From a virus (Duplodnaviria > Caudoviricetes), in IMG/VR virus record IMGVR_UViG_3300031801_001562: a stretch of DNA of 64,000 nt. One strand, given 5' to 3'. A program made the translations under genes and the position numbers. Positions 49,038 through 58,411 of this stretch are shown here, piece after piece (positions within the stretch are counted from its first letter, which is position 1; each line of letters opens with the position of its first letter). Below the pieces are notes generated by a model. It was given only the letters and a program-made list of their open reading frames with translations, did no database searches and was not told the DNA's origin.

Positions 49038-51232
49038 AAATTATATCTCCAAATATTTTGTTTTACATTATTAAACATTTTACATTCCACCAAATCCACG
49101 ATACCTTTTTGGGATAACTTTTTCATAATGTTTGAAAATTTATAACTCCTGACACCAGTTTTAGAATCTACATTATTTGTTAAATAATATGGACCGACAC
49201 CGCCGGTAATTTCCTTTTGGATGTTTATATGGCTCCATTGATACGAACTTTGTGTAATATCTCTCGATACTTTTTTTACATATCCAGGAAGAGAAGCGCC
49301 TCTGAATAATAAGCGGTATCCTTTTAATTCTTCCTCCCATTTAACCCCACTCATAGAAATTAAAGTTGAACCTATAAAAGTTCCCACCCATTTGGCTTCA
49401 TTATATTTGATACTTTTTAAACTCACATTATTATTGTATCTTGAATATGAACATTCAACTAAAAATTCCAATATTATCAGTAAATCATCATCATTTAATA
49501 ATCTATTCCCACATACTATACTACTTCCAAACCGGTTCGGATGCAGCCGACCATAACCCGCACTTAAATTATGTATATGTTTATTAAAATATATGGATAT
49601 AAAATTTTCAATGTCCTTTAAAACTAAAATAATATTTTGTCGAAGATACTTGATGGAACGTGTATTATCAACCACATGATCATAGTCATCATATGTATTA
49701 TGAATATTATTTTTTATTTGATTATATAATACGCCTATGATTGTTGTTTGCATATCTTGAAACTTGGAAGTGATGAATATCGGATCACTTTCTAAATAAT
49801 CTTGAAATTTAACAAAAAAATCTTTTAATGTAACTTCATCTTTTAAATAATCATAATATATGTATTTTAATATTCGTTGTTCTCCAAACCAAAAATTCAT
49901 AACAATCCATGCGAACATCCAGCCTTTAACAACATCTTCATAAGACATAGATTTCAAAGAAGTAATTATTTCACATTCTTCCATGTCGACATTAAAAGGG
50001 ATAATTTTTGTTTTTATTTTAAAACGTTCCCTATAAGATTTATCATTAAGTTCCGCGTTAGGTAAAATCAAACAAGGATATACGTTTATTTTTAATTTTT
50101 TAACAGGCATTAACGCGGATAACTCATCAACCCACCCATCATACGTAGTACCTGGTAAGGGGTATATTAATTCAACTTCTCTCTCTGTAGAATCCATCTT
50201 ATCTGCATTGACAATGCTCATATTTTTTCTTTTAATATTAGATAAAACTTCTGGATTGGTAGATTGTAAAGCTACTCTAGGAACAGTATTATTATTCTCA
50301 ATACCCTCTAATAATCGTTGTTGTATTTGTAATGAAGAATTTTTACTTGGTGGTGTTTTTGCATAACCTGAGTGTGCTATTTTTTTGGGATAGCCTGTGG
50401 CTTCATGATATCCCACTGCCTTATCTATTATATTATAATCTCTTTCTTTAAATATGCCCAAATTACTATTTGTGAACCAAAGATAATTTATTTTATTACG
50501 ACTAACCCATTCGAATTCTTTAAATAATCGCGGTTCATCAAATTTTATCATTTTTTGTGCAGTTAAACTACCCCAATCACAAAAAGTACATTTAAATGGA
50601 CAACCTCTATCCATCTCAACGGTAGCGTGAAAATTAACCGAAGGATTTTTTAATATAATATTATTAAAAAGACCCGACAAATATGGACTAGGGATTGTAT
50701 TAATATCTTTAATTCTGGAAGCCGGCTTCGTTTTAAAAATTTTATTATTTTTTCTAAAAATAAGACCCGGTATCTCAGAAAAATCTTTTTTATTAAAATA
50801 TTCTAATAAAATTTGTTCAAAGACTTTTTCTCCTTCTCCCACAACACCAATATCTACATAGTCATGCGAATTATACCATTTGCTATCATTAGAATTAGGC
50901 ACATGTGGTCCGCCACAAATAATCAAACAATTAGGATACTTTTTTTTTATTTTTTTTAATATATAAAGGTGCTTATTAGAATTCCACATATAATTACTAG
51001 TAGCAACTATATCTGGTTGTCCCATATTATCAATATAATAATCTAAATTATCTATATTAAACACCAAATCTTTTAATATAAAATTATCGGATATTATTTT
51101 ATTTTGTAAACAATAAGACCAAAGAAGGCCGGCGGAATATGGTAAAAATGCCGATTTATTACTTGACATTTCAGTGCCAGTTGAAGAGTCTATTAAAGGA
51201 GCCGTTAATTGTAATAGATATATATTTTTCAT
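49034..51232 (-). CDS. Cobalamin-binding radical SAM protein with C-terminal extension
   Basis: LPYSAG.L, Y.WN, ICGGPH, GEGE, EMDRGCPFKCTFCDWG; paralog of 44988-46817. Confidence 0.92.
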   Translation of the reverse strand: MKNIYLLQLTAPLIDSSTGTEMSSNKSAFLPYSAGLLWSYCLQNKIISDNFILKDLVFNIDNLDYYIDNMGQPDIVATSNYMWNSNKHLYILKKIKKKYPNCLIICGGPHVPNSNDSKWYNSHDYVDIGVVGEGEKVFEQILLEYFNKKDFSEIPGLIFRKNNKIFKTKPASRIKDINTIPSPYLSGLFNNIILKNPSVNFHATVEMDRGCPFKCTFCDWGSLTAQKMIKFDEPRLFKEFEWVSRNKINYLWFTNSNLGIFKERDYNIIDKAVGYHEATGYPKKIAHSGYAKTPPSKNSSLQIQQRLLEGIENNNTVPRVALQSTNPEVLSNIKRKNMSIVNADKMDSTEREVELIYPLPGTTYDGWVDELSALMPVKKLKINVYPCLILPNAELNDKSYRERFKIKTKIIPFNVDMEECEIITSLKSMSYEDVVKGWMFAWIVMNFWFGEQRILKYIYYDYLKDEVTLKDFFVKFQDYLESDPIFITSKFQDMQTTIIGVLYNQIKNNIHNTYDDYDHVVDNTRSIKYLRQNIILVLKDIENFISIYFNKHIHNLSAGYGRLHPNRFGSSIVCGNRLLNDDDLLIILEFLVECSYSRYNNNVSLKSIKYNEAKWVGTFIGSTLISMSGVKWEEELKGYRLLFRGASLPGYVKKVSRDITQSSYQWSHINIQKEITGGVGPYYLTNNVDSKTGVRSYKFSNIMKKLSQKGIVDLVECKMFNNVKQNIWRYNL

Positions 51233-52236
51233 GCCGCGGCATCATTTAAAAATTTATAAGAATAATTTTCCCTAAAAAAATTAATTTGATATTTGGGTTT
51301 ATTCAATGTATGATATTTTTTTAAAGATCTCCAATATTCAGTATGATCATTTTTAGAAGAAGTGTAAAACAATTCTAAAAAATCATATACATGCCGACAC
51401 AATCTAACATATGAACGATTAAATATTTCCTCTTTATTTTTTTTATATTTTAATTTTTCAATAGTTTCTATCGCCCATGTTATTAGAAAAAGTCCTGTAG
51501 CTTCAAGAGGTTCTGCAAATCCACAACTTAATCCCACAGATACGGTATTCCCCAACCACGGAGTTAAACAATATCTATTATTAAAGGGAATGGCGCGAAT
51601 GTCTTCGGCTTTAACATTACCTACATTTTTATTTTTAAATTCTTCAATGGCATCATTTACACTTATAAAATTATTATTAAAAACATACCCATTACCACTC
51701 CTTGATCTTAAATCTACATTCCACATCCACCCATAATCCATAGCGAAAGTGTTTGTTATAGATTGACAATTAGAATCACCAGGCGCGAAGAGGGCCATAT
51801 TATTAGACAGAGTTTTATAAGAACCAAATTGTTTATTTTTAGAAAAATCACTATTGAATCCAGTACAATCTATTACTAGATCAGGATTATCCACTTTACA
51901 TAATCTAGGTCGCGTTATTTCTTCTAGAAGAATAATCATTTTTAACGCATCTAAATGATAAGCATGCATATTATTGGGAAACGGGTGTATCCAATCAGTT
52001 TTATGCCAACCATGATGTTTAATACCATATTTAATTACGCCGTCACACTTATTAATTACATCATCTTCAGATATTCCACAATAATCAAAGAATTTAACTA
52101 GTCCAGGTAATGTACTTTCTCCAACACCTATAGGTTTGGAATTTTTAGGAAGTTTTATTTCAACTTTATTAGTTTGGGATAAATATGCGGCAGCTAACCA
52201 ACCGGCGCTTCCACCGCCTAAAATTATTATGTTCAT
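51229..52236 (-). CDS. Tryptophan-halogenase-family flavoprotein (short form)
   Basis: GGGSAGW, GVGEST, IKYGI (Lys at the PrnA K79-like position), DCTGF, WMWNV, FAEPLEATG. Confidence 0.85.
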   Translation of the reverse strand: MNIIILGGGSAGWLAAAYLSQTNKVEIKLPKNSKPIGVGESTLPGLVKFFDYCGISEDDVINKCDGVIKYGIKHHGWHKTDWIHPFPNNMHAYHLDALKMIILLEEITRPRLCKVDNPDLVIDCTGFNSDFSKNKQFGSYKTLSNNMALFAPGDSNCQSITNTFAMDYGWMWNVDLRSRSGNGYVFNNNFISVNDAIEEFKNKNVGNVKAEDIRAIPFNNRYCLTPWLGNTVSVGLSCGFAEPLEATGLFLITWAIETIEKLKYKKNKEEIFNRSYVRLCRHVYDFLELFYTSSKNDHTEYWRSLKKYHTLNKPKYQINFFRENYSYKFLNDAAA

Positions 52237-52874
52237 AGACAAAGCTTCGTCCTTCTATAAGTTATATCCCATGACTTAAATTCTTGCAATGATTCTATCT
52301 TATAACCAAAACTATTTAAATATACTTCAATATCTTCTTCACTATGTCCATACTGTTTTAATTGATGAGGATATGCTTGATATACTATTGTAGGTAAATA
52401 TTTTTCAATAGTTCTTTCTAATCCTAACAATGCTTCATATTCCATACCTTTTATATGCATTTGTATAAAAGTAATATTTTTAAAATCGAAATCATCAATA
52501 ACTTTTACTATTACTTCTTCGCCTTCTTCTTCATTTAATTGATAACCTCCATAATTACCTTCTTGATCAGGCTTAGCAAATTTTTTGCTTTGTTTAGAAG
52601 CTGCGGCAAATGGAAATATTTTTACATCGGGTACATTTTGTCTTAAACATTCACAATTACTTTCTATAGGTTCCCAAGCATACACTTCATCAAACTTTTT
52701 AGTTAATTGCCTACTCCAAATACCAACATGAGCTCCTACATCAATAGCATTACCCTTAGGTACTGATTTAAGTATTTCTCTATGAATACTACCATCCATA
52801 GGAAAACCGCTTGAATGCATATATTCAAAAAATGAATCATCATCTTGTATGTAAAAGTTGCCTATCTTCTTCAT
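52233..52874 (-). CDS. FkbM-family methyltransferase
   Basis: AIDVGAHVGIWS, AWEP..N..CL..N, ID.F.F; start reassigned to the RBS-preceded ATG. Confidence 0.82.
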   Translation of the reverse strand: MKKIGNFYIQDDDSFFEYMHSSGFPMDGSIHREILKSVPKGNAIDVGAHVGIWSRQLTKKFDEVYAWEPIESNCECLRQNVPDVKIFPFAAASKQSKKFAKPDQEGNYGGYQLNEEEGEEVIVKVIDDFDFKNITFIQMHIKGMEYEALLGLERTIEKYLPTIVYQAYPHQLKQYGHSEEDIEVYLNSFGYKIESLQEFKSWDITYRRTKLCL

Positions 52875-53041
52875 TTCCCTCCGCGCTTCTTCCACTGCTC
52901 AGGATACTTTTCTCGTAATATCTCATCTATAGAATCTTCAAATGCTTTGCTATTTCTGCCTGGTTTATAAGTACAAGGAAATTTAAAATCTTTATTCCCA
53001 AAGTTTTTTTTCCAAAAGTTGACTATCTTGTTTATTATCAT
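52871..53041 (-). CDS. 56-aa hypothetical protein
   Basis: Hand translation MIINKIVNFWKKNFGNKDFKFPCTYKPGRNSKAFEDSIDEILREKYPEQWKKRGGK; ATGA overlaps at both ends. Confidence 0.7.
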   Translation of the reverse strand: MIINKIVNFWKKNFGNKDFKFPCTYKPGRNSKAFEDSIDEILREKYPEQWKKRGGK

Positions 53042-54462
53042 ACATGTACCATAGTCAAAAAATCATCATGTGTAATATTGTTTGAATAATCTATATCGTA
53101 ATCAGGCTCTGTCCAATCTACATATTTCATATTTTTTGTTTTGTTTAAGTACGGTTTTTCGTAACCAATTAACATTGATGCAAGGTTAAAATGATTAAAA
53201 ATGGTTTCTCCTTTTTTACAATATCTCTTTTTAGAAAGAAACATATTCAAATAATCATTATATTCTTCAATGTTTTGTTGATTATTCCAATATCTCCAAA
53301 ATTCGGAATCAGTTCTGTCACTCAATGTATAATGATATTTTACAAATTCTTTTGAATGTTTGAGAAATCTTTTGAGATGCCTAGATAAAACTTTAGATTC
53401 TTTTGAAGTCCATTTCTTTTTCTTTTTATATTGGTCTACAAAATTAATTACCGTCACACAGGTTAACATCAATGAAGTCGCTTCCATAGGTTCTATAAAA
53501 CTCTGTGCCAGCCCATTTGATATGCAATTATCGACCGCAACATTTTTCATAGATCCATTTTCATATTTTATGCAATCAAATACAAAATCTATTTGGCCAT
53601 TCCAAGCATCTTTTAAAATTTTTCTTGCCTCATCATCAGTAGTAAAATAATCTGAATAGATAAATCCACCCGCAGTTCTATTACGTGTGTTCACATCCCA
53701 CAACCATCCATCAGGTTTTGCAGTCAATTCCGTATAAATTTTATGTTGTTTAGGAACACCTCTGACTTTTCCAGCAACAAATTTATTACAAATCATGTCA
53801 TCATAACTTTCATAATCAGACAATTTTGAAATCAAAACTCTATTAAAACCAGAGCAATCAAAAAATACATCACCATATACGGTTTGGCCATTTTCTAAAC
53901 GTAAAAATTCTATACCATTTTCATTTATGCAAACATCTTTTACACCACTGGTAATTAATGTGTAATCATTGAGATGTTTCTGTAATGTCGCTCCAAATTT
54001 ATCTGCTAATATTTGATATGCATGCCCTGGTCGATCACTAATTGTTTTTGGATAAGGAGTTAAATTTTTATCAAGCAAATATTGTTGAGGACCGTGAAAT
54101 AAATTAAAATATTTTGTGGACATATCTAAATTATTGATACAATACTCAACAGAATCTACTTTTGTTTCTGAAAATTCGAAAGCATCTTCAAATAAATGAT
54201 ACCACACGCTACCTGAATAATTCCAATCATTAAATTTAATTCCATATTTAAATGTAGCATCACTATCTTTTAACCAAACATTTTCTGAAATATTTGCATT
54301 TTCGGCTATCAAACGCAATGTCGGTGTTACTGTTTCACCAACACCAATCGGGTTATTTTGCTCTTCGTGAATAACTGTCAACTCACAATCAATAGAATTT
54401 TTTATATAACTAGCAGTTGTCCAACCTGCGGAACCGCCACCGACTACTACGATTCTAACCAT
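53038..54462 (-). CDS. Tryptophan-halogenase-family flavoprotein
   Basis: VVGGGSAGW, IGVGE, TFKYGIKF.DW, DCSGF, WLWDV, FIEPMEAT. Confidence 0.9.
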   Translation of the reverse strand: MVRIVVVGGGSAGWTTASYIKNSIDCELTVIHEEQNNPIGVGETVTPTLRLIAENANISENVWLKDSDATFKYGIKFNDWNYSGSVWYHLFEDAFEFSETKVDSVEYCINNLDMSTKYFNLFHGPQQYLLDKNLTPYPKTISDRPGHAYQILADKFGATLQKHLNDYTLITSGVKDVCINENGIEFLRLENGQTVYGDVFFDCSGFNRVLISKLSDYESYDDMICNKFVAGKVRGVPKQHKIYTELTAKPDGWLWDVNTRNRTAGGFIYSDYFTTDDEARKILKDAWNGQIDFVFDCIKYENGSMKNVAVDNCISNGLAQSFIEPMEATSLMLTCVTVINFVDQYKKKKKWTSKESKVLSRHLKRFLKHSKEFVKYHYTLSDRTDSEFWRYWNNQQNIEEYNDYLNMFLSKKRYCKKGETIFNHFNLASMLIGYEKPYLNKTKNMKYVDWTEPDYDIDYSNNITHDDFLTMVHV

Positions 54463-55592
54463 TGTGTTAAATATGGATGTAAATAATTTTGAAATTGTTG
54501 ATTTCGAGAAAAATCAAATAGTGTAATTTCTTTAAGCATTTTCTTTTTATTTTCCACATTTCTTTTAAAATATGAATTGCGTATTTGATTAAACTTTTTC
54601 GAATCTATCCGAGGAACTTTTTCTAACAATTGTCTGCTTAGATGAATCGGGCTTATACCTCGATTATCTGGATATACTTCACAATATGAAACATAAACTT
54701 TTTTAGGTAAGGTGCAACACCATTGCCAATGATTAAGCAAATCTAAAATATTTAAAGCAGAAACAACAACTGCCACATTAACTCTTCCTAAATTTGTAGA
54801 AGTTGTTAAAAATAATCTTATGGTCTTATCTAGTTCATCAAACGATTGAGGATATCTTATATATTCGTAACCTTCTTCAACTGAATCTATACTTAATTTA
54901 GGATGCTGCTTTTTAAATTTATTTAATTTTTTAATTAATCGATCGTTAAACATTGTACCATTAGTATGATACGCAAGAATAGTATTTTTAGCCCATCCAT
55001 TATCAATATATTTATCGAGAAGTTTCAAAACTTGTGTATCAAAAAAAGGTTCCCCTCCACTGAATCTAAGTTCCTTTAAGGGATTATTTAAAAGCCAATT
55101 ATATTGTTTTGAATTGGAAGTTTTGGGAATTGTAATCCGCCCCCTAAATTTACCAGATGTAGACTCTTCAACTTCATGAAGTATGCCTTCTTTGCTAAAG
55201 AATTCATAATCTAACATTAATCTATGACTCGTTTGAGGATCACACATTCTACAAGCCAGATTACATTTATTAGAAAAAATGAAATCAACTACATCTAATT
55301 TTCCTCTGGGAATAGTATCATCATTATGGATTCTGAAAGATTCGATACCTCTATCTTCCATATCCCAACAAGTTTTACAAAATGGATGTTTTATATTATT
55401 AGATAAAGCTTCGCGTAATTCTTTAAATTGTTTTGAATTAAAAGCTTCTTCGGGGGTAAGATCTGTCTCTTCCCATTCCATTGGGTCTTCCCAATCGGGT
55501 CGTGACATATTACAACAAGGATGAAACCATTTAATTTTGTCTCCATCCCAATCTCTAATTGTAATTTGTTTAAAGGGATAACTACATAACAT
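54447..55592 (-). CDS. Radical SAM protein with N-terminal SPASM/twitch-like domain
   Basis: CSYPF...PCC...CKTCW; core CNLACRMC, SGGEP. Confidence 0.9.
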   Translation of the reverse strand: MLCSYPFKQITIRDWDGDKIKWFHPCCNMSRPDWEDPMEWEETDLTPEEAFNSKQFKELREALSNNIKHPFCKTCWDMEDRGIESFRIHNDDTIPRGKLDVVDFIFSNKCNLACRMCDPQTSHRLMLDYEFFSKEGILHEVEESTSGKFRGRITIPKTSNSKQYNWLLNNPLKELRFSGGEPFFDTQVLKLLDKYIDNGWAKNTILAYHTNGTMFNDRLIKKLNKFKKQHPKLSIDSVEEGYEYIRYPQSFDELDKTIRLFLTTSTNLGRVNVAVVVSALNILDLLNHWQWCCTLPKKVYVSYCEVYPDNRGISPIHLSRQLLEKVPRIDSKKFNQIRNSYFKRNVENKKKMLKEITLFDFSRNQQFQNYLHPYLTQWLES

Positions 55593-56377
55593 TATTCTAC
55601 ATTAAAATCATCACTCGCAAAGCTTGCTTCCCAACCAAACTTTTTAATTTCAGTAGGATCAGCACAAGTTTCTTCGCTCTCACCGGTTACATTTTTAAAA
55701 TCAATTGAATCAATATCAATATCTTCCGGTGCATGTTCTTTAGCAAAATCATAAACAGATTTTGGTGTTCCATATCCAATATCAAAAACTTTAGGAAATT
55801 TTTTCCATACAGGAGTTTCAGTCATTAGTAAATATATAGCTTTTACACAATCTTTTACATATAACCAATCTCTCGTATGAGTTGTTAAATAATTAATATT
55901 TCCTTCTTGTAATTGTCTATAAAACATATCAGGTCGCGAATTCGATCCCCATACTGTAAAGAATCTCATTCCTATAGCATTAGTTGGTGCCATTACTTCA
56001 CAGACCCCTTTAGTCATTGCGTAAGGACTTTTCATATCCGAAACTGAAGAACTCGATGCATATAAGATTTTAGAATTTTTATAAGTATCAAAGATACGTT
56101 TTGTTCCCTTAATATTTACTTCATAATATTCTTTTAAATATTTTGGATCCCAACTATTACGAACACCGGCTCTCGCAGCTAAATGAACTACAACTTTTGC
56201 ATCAACATGAGGTAAATCATCTGTGGTAATATCACAATGAGAATGAGGAACTTCGCGATCCTCCCAACCTAATCCCGAACAATTATCAATACCATAAACT
56301 TCATGACCCTCTTCAGTTAAAAAATTAAATAAATGATGACCTATAAATCCTTTAACTCCAGTAATTAAAATTTTCAT
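55592..56377 (-). CDS. NAD-dependent epimerase/dehydratase
   Basis: ITGVKGFIG, HLAARAGVR, ASSSS, YAMTK, RFFTVWG. Confidence 0.92.
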   Translation of the reverse strand: MKILITGVKGFIGHHLFNFLTEEGHEVYGIDNCSGLGWEDREVPHSHCDITTDDLPHVDAKVVVHLAARAGVRNSWDPKYLKEYYEVNIKGTKRIFDTYKNSKILYASSSSVSDMKSPYAMTKGVCEVMAPTNAIGMRFFTVWGSNSRPDMFYRQLQEGNINYLTTHTRDWLYVKDCVKAIYLLMTETPVWKKFPKVFDIGYGTPKSVYDFAKEHAPEDIDIDSIDFKNVTGESEETCADPTEIKKFGWEASFASDDFNVE

Positions 56378-57021
56378 TATATCCATTCTTTTAATGTTGT
56401 TTCAAGCAATCGCCAATAATCAAAAGATTTCTCTTCAAAAATTTGAGGTTCTTCATTCTCAACTGCTATTACTATAACAATATTATTTATTGGGATTTTA
56501 GTTCTTTCTTCAAACATTATTGAATAAGCTGTTGTCTGGAGGAAATATTCTTCAACCCATTCTCTTTTTTTAAGTTTTCCGGAAGTCTTCCAATCTAAAA
56601 TTGCTTTTTGGCCTTTCCAATCGGCAACACAGTCGCAACGGCCGGCGACTCCTAATTGTTTACTCCATAATGGAATTTCAATGCCTGCAATATTATCGAG
56701 ATTTTTATCTAGGTGGGGCTTGATTGTATTAAACATCTCGCGAACATGCGGTAGAGAATCTCCAAAATAATCTTCTTGATTTAAAATATAATTTTCTACA
56801 ACTTTATGTACTTTTGTTCCGCGACGTGTGGCTTGAGTTGTTATTTTATTGGCTTCTTCTTCACCAATTCTAGCTCGCCATTCTTTAAAAAATTGAGCTT
56901 TTTTTCTACCTAGTACTGTTGTAATGGATGGAAAGGTTCCGTCAGGGGTTTCATAAACTCTGGAACCACTTGTGGTGATTGACTTTAATTCTTCAAATTC
57001 AAGTTCTACATGATCAAACAT
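56377..57021 (-). CDS. PD-(D/E)xK exonuclease (Cas4-like phage family)
   Basis: YETPDG.FPSITTVL, RGT.VH, AGRCDC, LDWKTS, YFLQ..AY. Confidence 0.85.
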   Translation of the reverse strand: MFDHVELEFEELKSITTSGSRVYETPDGTFPSITTVLGRKKAQFFKEWRARIGEEEANKITTQATRRGTKVHKVVENYILNQEDYFGDSLPHVREMFNTIKPHLDKNLDNIAGIEIPLWSKQLGVAGRCDCVADWKGQKAILDWKTSGKLKKREWVEEYFLQTTAYSIMFEERTKIPINNIVIVIAVENEEPQIFEEKSFDYWRLLETTLKEWI

Positions 57022-57277
57022 TCATCTTACTTCCCGGATAATTCCTTTTCATTTGTTTCAGATGATCTGTAAAAGCTTCATCGGGTTTTTTTCGATGGCC
57101 TTTAGCAGTTGTACCTGAAATGTTATCATAAACAAACATCGGGCTTGCAACTTTCATTTTTATCTCCCCATTGCATTCAGGACAATGGCTTTCCAAAGGC
57201 TCATTCCTTCTTGCAATAGGAAGAATATCTTCAAATTCAAAATCACATTCCACACACTCATAATCATATGTTGGCAT
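57014..57277 (-). CDS. FmdB-family zinc-ribbon protein
   Basis: MPTYDYECVEC...FE...CPEC. Confidence 0.88.
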   Translation of the reverse strand: MPTYDYECVECDFEFEDILPIARRNEPLESHCPECNGEIKMKVASPMFVYDNISGTTAKGHRKKPDEAFTDHLKQMKRNYPGSKMNV

Positions 57278-57280
57278 AAT

Positions 57281-57898
57281 TTACCTATAAAATATATGCG
57301 TATCTATTTGCACTGTTTTTTTCTTATACGTTGCCCATCTGGGGCTATCAATATAATCAGCATGGTAATGTGTTGCTCCATCTGTTATATCTCTTAAATC
57401 ATCTGCATTTGCATAATAATAACTTGCCAAATCCTGAACCCTACTCCAAGTCGGTCCTGGATATGGATTATCATGTCTTCCGTCACAATACCAACTGAAT
57501 TGGCATCGATCTCGTTTAGGAAAACCACTTGTGTAGTGTTTTCCTTCATAAATTACTTTACAATAAGAATCAGGCCAAGAGTGGCTACTTACTCTATTAT
57601 GAGTTACATGAGCGACAGCTAATTTTCCGGCCGTACTTTCTACAGCTGCTTCAAAATATATATTTAAAGCTAGACAAGCTATTTCATCTTGTGCTACAGA
57701 TATTAGAGTGGTCGGATCCATTAGTTGTGGGCCCATGGTCATTAAATTTTTCTTTTCAACAATTTCAGGAAGTATTTGCTGCTCTGCGCGAGGTAAATTT
57801 ATTTTCGCTGCTAGAGCATCTGCTTCCTGAATAACTATTTTTACTGGGTAAGTAATTACTACTACTACCGCCATAACAAAAACTATTATAAATTTCAT
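57281..57898 (-). CDS. SleB-like cell wall hydrolase (Hydrolase_2) with N-terminal membrane anchor
   Basis: CLALNIYFEA..E...G..AVA.V..NRV, CQFSWYCDG, GATHYH, I..H.FY. Confidence 0.9.
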   Translation of the reverse strand: MKFIIVFVMAVVVVITYPVKIVIQEADALAAKINLPRAEQQILPEIVEKKNLMTMGPQLMDPTTLISVAQDEIACLALNIYFEAAVESTAGKLAVAHVTHNRVSSHSWPDSYCKVIYEGKHYTSGFPKRDRCQFSWYCDGRHDNPYPGPTWSRVQDLASYYYANADDLRDITDGATHYHADYIDSPRWATYKKKTVQIDTHIFYR

Positions 57899-57953
57899 AT
57901 AATCCTTGATTAGAAGTTAGAAAATCACACTTCCATAATTATTATAATAAATT

Positions 57954-58409
57954 TTATGTATTGCTGGTTTGCATAGGTGGTATAAGATGGGGAAAAGTCT
58001 CACTTACGAGCTTATAAGTTAAACCGCGGATACCAAGGTCTTTCTTTTTTATATTTATAAGAATCTCAGCTTCTCTTGGTGTAACACTCTCTAACATTGT
58101 TATGTACATTGTCTCCATTCTGGTAGAATCTATAGTATTTCCTACACAAAAAATCTCTCCTCCTGGGCCGTCAACAAAATATCTTAATTTACGAATTTGT
58201 CCGTAAAGCATTGTTGAACCGGGATCTTCCGCCGCTGCATTAAAAGGTGGCTTCCCCTCTGGTAACAAAAATTTTACATCCGGATGAAATGTATACCACA
58301 ATAAATTTTCCAGATGATCCGTTTGATTTTGTTTAAGTAGATCCCCTCTCTCTTTTTGACTTTTTGCTTTGTCTACCAATTCCAATAATTGCATTAATGA
58401 TATAGCCAT
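57954..58409 (-). CDS. Hypothetical protein of the type found next to rnh in T4-like phages
   Basis: 151-aa ORF with V.FLLPEG.PPF...E.MYI.MLE.V...EA; family recalled, not searched. Confidence 0.7.
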   Translation of the reverse strand: MAISLMQLLELVDKAKSQKERGDLLKQNQTDHLENLLWYTFHPDVKFLLPEGKPPFNAAAEDPGSTMLYGQIRKLRYFVDGPGGEIFCVGNTIDSTRMETMYITMLESVTPREAEILINIKKKDLGIRGLTYKLVSETFPHLIPPMQTSNT

Positions 58410-58411
58410 AA

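Noticed and set aside
20701-56377. Classical RiPP, NRPS or PKS biosynthetic cluster
   Set aside because: No precursor with a leader/core pattern, RRE/PqqD domain, peptidase, exporter or carrier protein was recognisable.
56377-57021. Cas4-like nuclease as evidence of a CRISPR system
   Set aside because: No repeat-spacer array or other cas genes were seen; this exonuclease family is common in T4-like phages.
42131-58059. Additional TATAAATA matches on the minus strand (42131, 45125, 58052)
   Set aside because: All lie inside coding sequence of an AT-rich genome, so chance matches are expected. The 58052 site could serve the SleB gene but is unsupported.
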